Shown: positions 57,664-59,265 of the stretch, piece by piece | Layout of the letters: every line of letters begins with the position of its first letter | Position numbering within the stretch: the stretch's first letter is position 1 | Assembly (NCBI GenBank): GCA_025603075.1 | Contig: MU626386.1 | Coordinates: 1-59,265 of the forward strand | DNA length: 59,265 bases | Reading direction: 5' to 3' | Source of the DNA: Neoconidiobolus thromboides FSU 785 | Taxonomy: Eukaryota > Fungi > Entomophthoromycota | Program-made: the position numbers and the translations under genes | The notes under the pieces: model-generated | What the model was told of the DNA's origin: nothing | Database searches by the model: none | What the model saw: only the letters and a program-made list of their open reading frames with translations

Positions 57664-58542
57664 TTAAAGATCTAAACCTAGACCAAGACCAAGGCCTAAA
57701 CCGATACCCCCATTAGAATTGGATGCACCAACACCAGTAGCACCGTTAGAGCTTGCGCCTATCCCAGTGGCCCCAGAACTATAGTCGTTATTATAATTAT
57801 TATTATAGTCATTATTGTAATTATTATTATAGTCATTATTGTAATTATTATTATAGTCATTATTGTAATTATTATTATAGCCATTATTGTAATTATTATT
57901 ATAATTGTTATTGTTATTATGTCCATAATCGTAATTACTATTATAATTGTTAGATCCTAATTCATAATTTGACCCATATCCTTTATTATAATTATTGGAA
58001 TATCCATTGTTATAGTTGTTAGAGTATCCAGCATTGTAATTATTACCAGAATATCCGTTGTTGTAATTATTACTAGAATACCCAGTATTGTAGTTGTTTC
58101 CAGAATAACCGGTATTATAGCTGTTACCAGAGTATCCATTGTTGTAGTTATTACCAGAGTATCCATTGTTGTAGTTATTACCAGAGTATCCATTGTTGTA
58201 GCTATTACCAGAGTACCCATTGTTGTAGTTATTGCCAGAATACCCAGTATTATAATTATAATTACCATTATTATTATTAGAATAGTCATTATTATACCCA
58301 GTTCCATAACTGTTATTATTGTTATTGTTGTTATAGCTAGTATTGTAACTATCGCCATAGGCATTATTATTGCTATTCGAGTAATCATTTATTTTACCAG
58401 TATTGTAAGCATTAGAATAATCGGTAGTTTGATAAGAAGGAGTAGTTACAGCATAGTCATCATTAGGAATAGGAGTGGGAATGGAAATAACAGAAGGGAT
58501 TAAAGAGGACACTATGATACTAATTACAGTAGTAGATTTCAT
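57664..58542 (-). CDS. Secreted Asn/Tyr/Gly/Ser-rich tandem-repeat protein, 292 aa
   Basis: ATG in AAAAATG context, signal peptide, about 8 N(N/T)GYS(G/S)N(N/S)Y nonamers and NNDYNNNY octamers, ending GGIGLGLGLGLDL; repeats vary synonymously at codon level. Confidence 0.8.
   Translation of the reverse strand: MKSTTVISIIVSSLIPSVISIPTPIPNDDYAVTTPSYQTTDYSNAYNTGKINDYSNSNNNAYGDSYNTSYNNNNNNNSYGTGYNNDYSNNNNGNYNYNTGYSGNNYNNGYSGNSYNNGYSGNNYNNGYSGNNYNNGYSGNSYNTGYSGNNYNTGYSSNNYNNGYSGNNYNAGYSNNYNNGYSNNYNKGYGSNYELGSNNYNSNYDYGHNNNNNYNNNYNNGYNNNYNNDYNNNYNNDYNNNYNNDYNNNYNNDYSSGATGIGASSNGATGVGASNSNGGIGLGLGLGLGLDL
57782..57901. repeat. Coding minisatellite, 5 x 24 bp (NNNYNN(D/G)Y)
   Basis: Consensus TAGTCATTATTGTAATTATTATTA repeated five times with few substitutions. 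Confidence 0.9.
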
Positions 58543-59192
58543 TTTTAATTGTTGAATTTAATATTTTGGTTGTATTTAATTTATTTTTAACTTAATCACT
58601 TAATTTATATTTTATTCCATTTTTACACTCCACTTGGAAAAATGAGTTTGTTTTTTCAATCTCGAGCTAAATTAGTAAAAAAACCGTTATAAAATTAGCT
58701 TATTTTCAGCTTCATATTCTCCAATATCCGTAATAAAATAGCATTTCGATTTTAGTTTTATTGGTATTATTATAATGTATTTTATTTTTATTTGTGTATA
58801 TTAAAGTTTAGTCCATCTTTGATTCTTTTTTTGGAAACTAACAGCACTAGTTTTTAAATTTACCCCATTTAATTAATTATTTAATTGAAAAAAGAATCAA
58901 AAAGGAATACAAACATAAAAGTATGATTTATAGTAATGTGCAAGCTATGAAATATTTATAAATTTAATATGAACGTGTTTTATTTGAATAATATTGTGAA
59001 TATGACTAATGATGTTTTATGTTTTAAGCCTTTATGGTTAATATTTCACTATACGAAGAAACCGTATATTAAAAGTACTTTTATTTTTATTTTAACAAAA
59101 ATAGTATTAGTTGTTAGAGAATCGAATAGAATTGATTTTCAATACCAAATTTATATGAAGTTGAGAAAAATAAAATTGAAAGGAATTATTAT

Positions 59193-59265
59193 TGGAGAAC
59201 CCGGGCATCGATCCCGGTGCCTCTCGCATGCTAAGCGAGCGCTCTACCATCTGAGCTAGTTCCCC
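59193..59265 (-). tRNA. tRNA-Ala (AGC), identical to the 32665-32737 copy
   Basis: Reverse complement is the same 73-nt cloverleaf; the window ends exactly at its first nucleotide. Confidence 0.96.

Noticed and set aside
58969-59259. 96-aa ORF at the window end
   Set aside because: Overlaps tRNA-Ala antisense and has intergenic composition
1-59265. CRISPR arrays, prokaryotic operons or defence systems, rRNA, snRNA
   Set aside because: The dispersed ~100-bp repeats are TIR elements without spacers; no rRNA or snRNA signatures were recognised; gene structure is eukaryotic

Overview
AT-rich eukaryotic genomic DNA with compact genes and short GT-AG introns (mostly ~48-82 nt, two ~140-150 nt), a 140-N scaffold gap (22744-22883) and no prokaryotic features. 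Gene content (Zn2Cys6 transcription factors, Hsp104, Btn1, Srv2/CAP, Mme1, Rpb1, Sua5) indicates a fungus. The low GC, F-box/LRR relic and animal-like tRNA-Ala suggest an early-diverging lineage, plausibly Entomophthoromycotina (inference only). I support about 25 protein genes or pseudogenes, several of them spliced genes missed or fragmented by the ORF track, two identical tRNA-Ala(AGC) genes, and ten copies of a ~100-bp TA-flanked MITE. Highlights: (1) a head-to-head pair of diverged TIM9-like paralogs with identical intron positions, absent from the ORF track, with an inverted-CCAAT dyad between them; (2) an adjacent head-to-head pair of secreted tyrosinases in a secreted-protein island; (3) three CAP/SCP genes with a bacterial-type motif set and a Cys/His insert; (4) an Rpb1 CTD built largely from spaced heptad pairs, plus a one-residue-shorter trigger loop; (5) a 275-bp inverted duplication around the gap that gives an empty versus filled MITE site; (6) a secreted Asn/Tyr/Gly repeat protein that could be an amyloid or a tyrosinase substrate.
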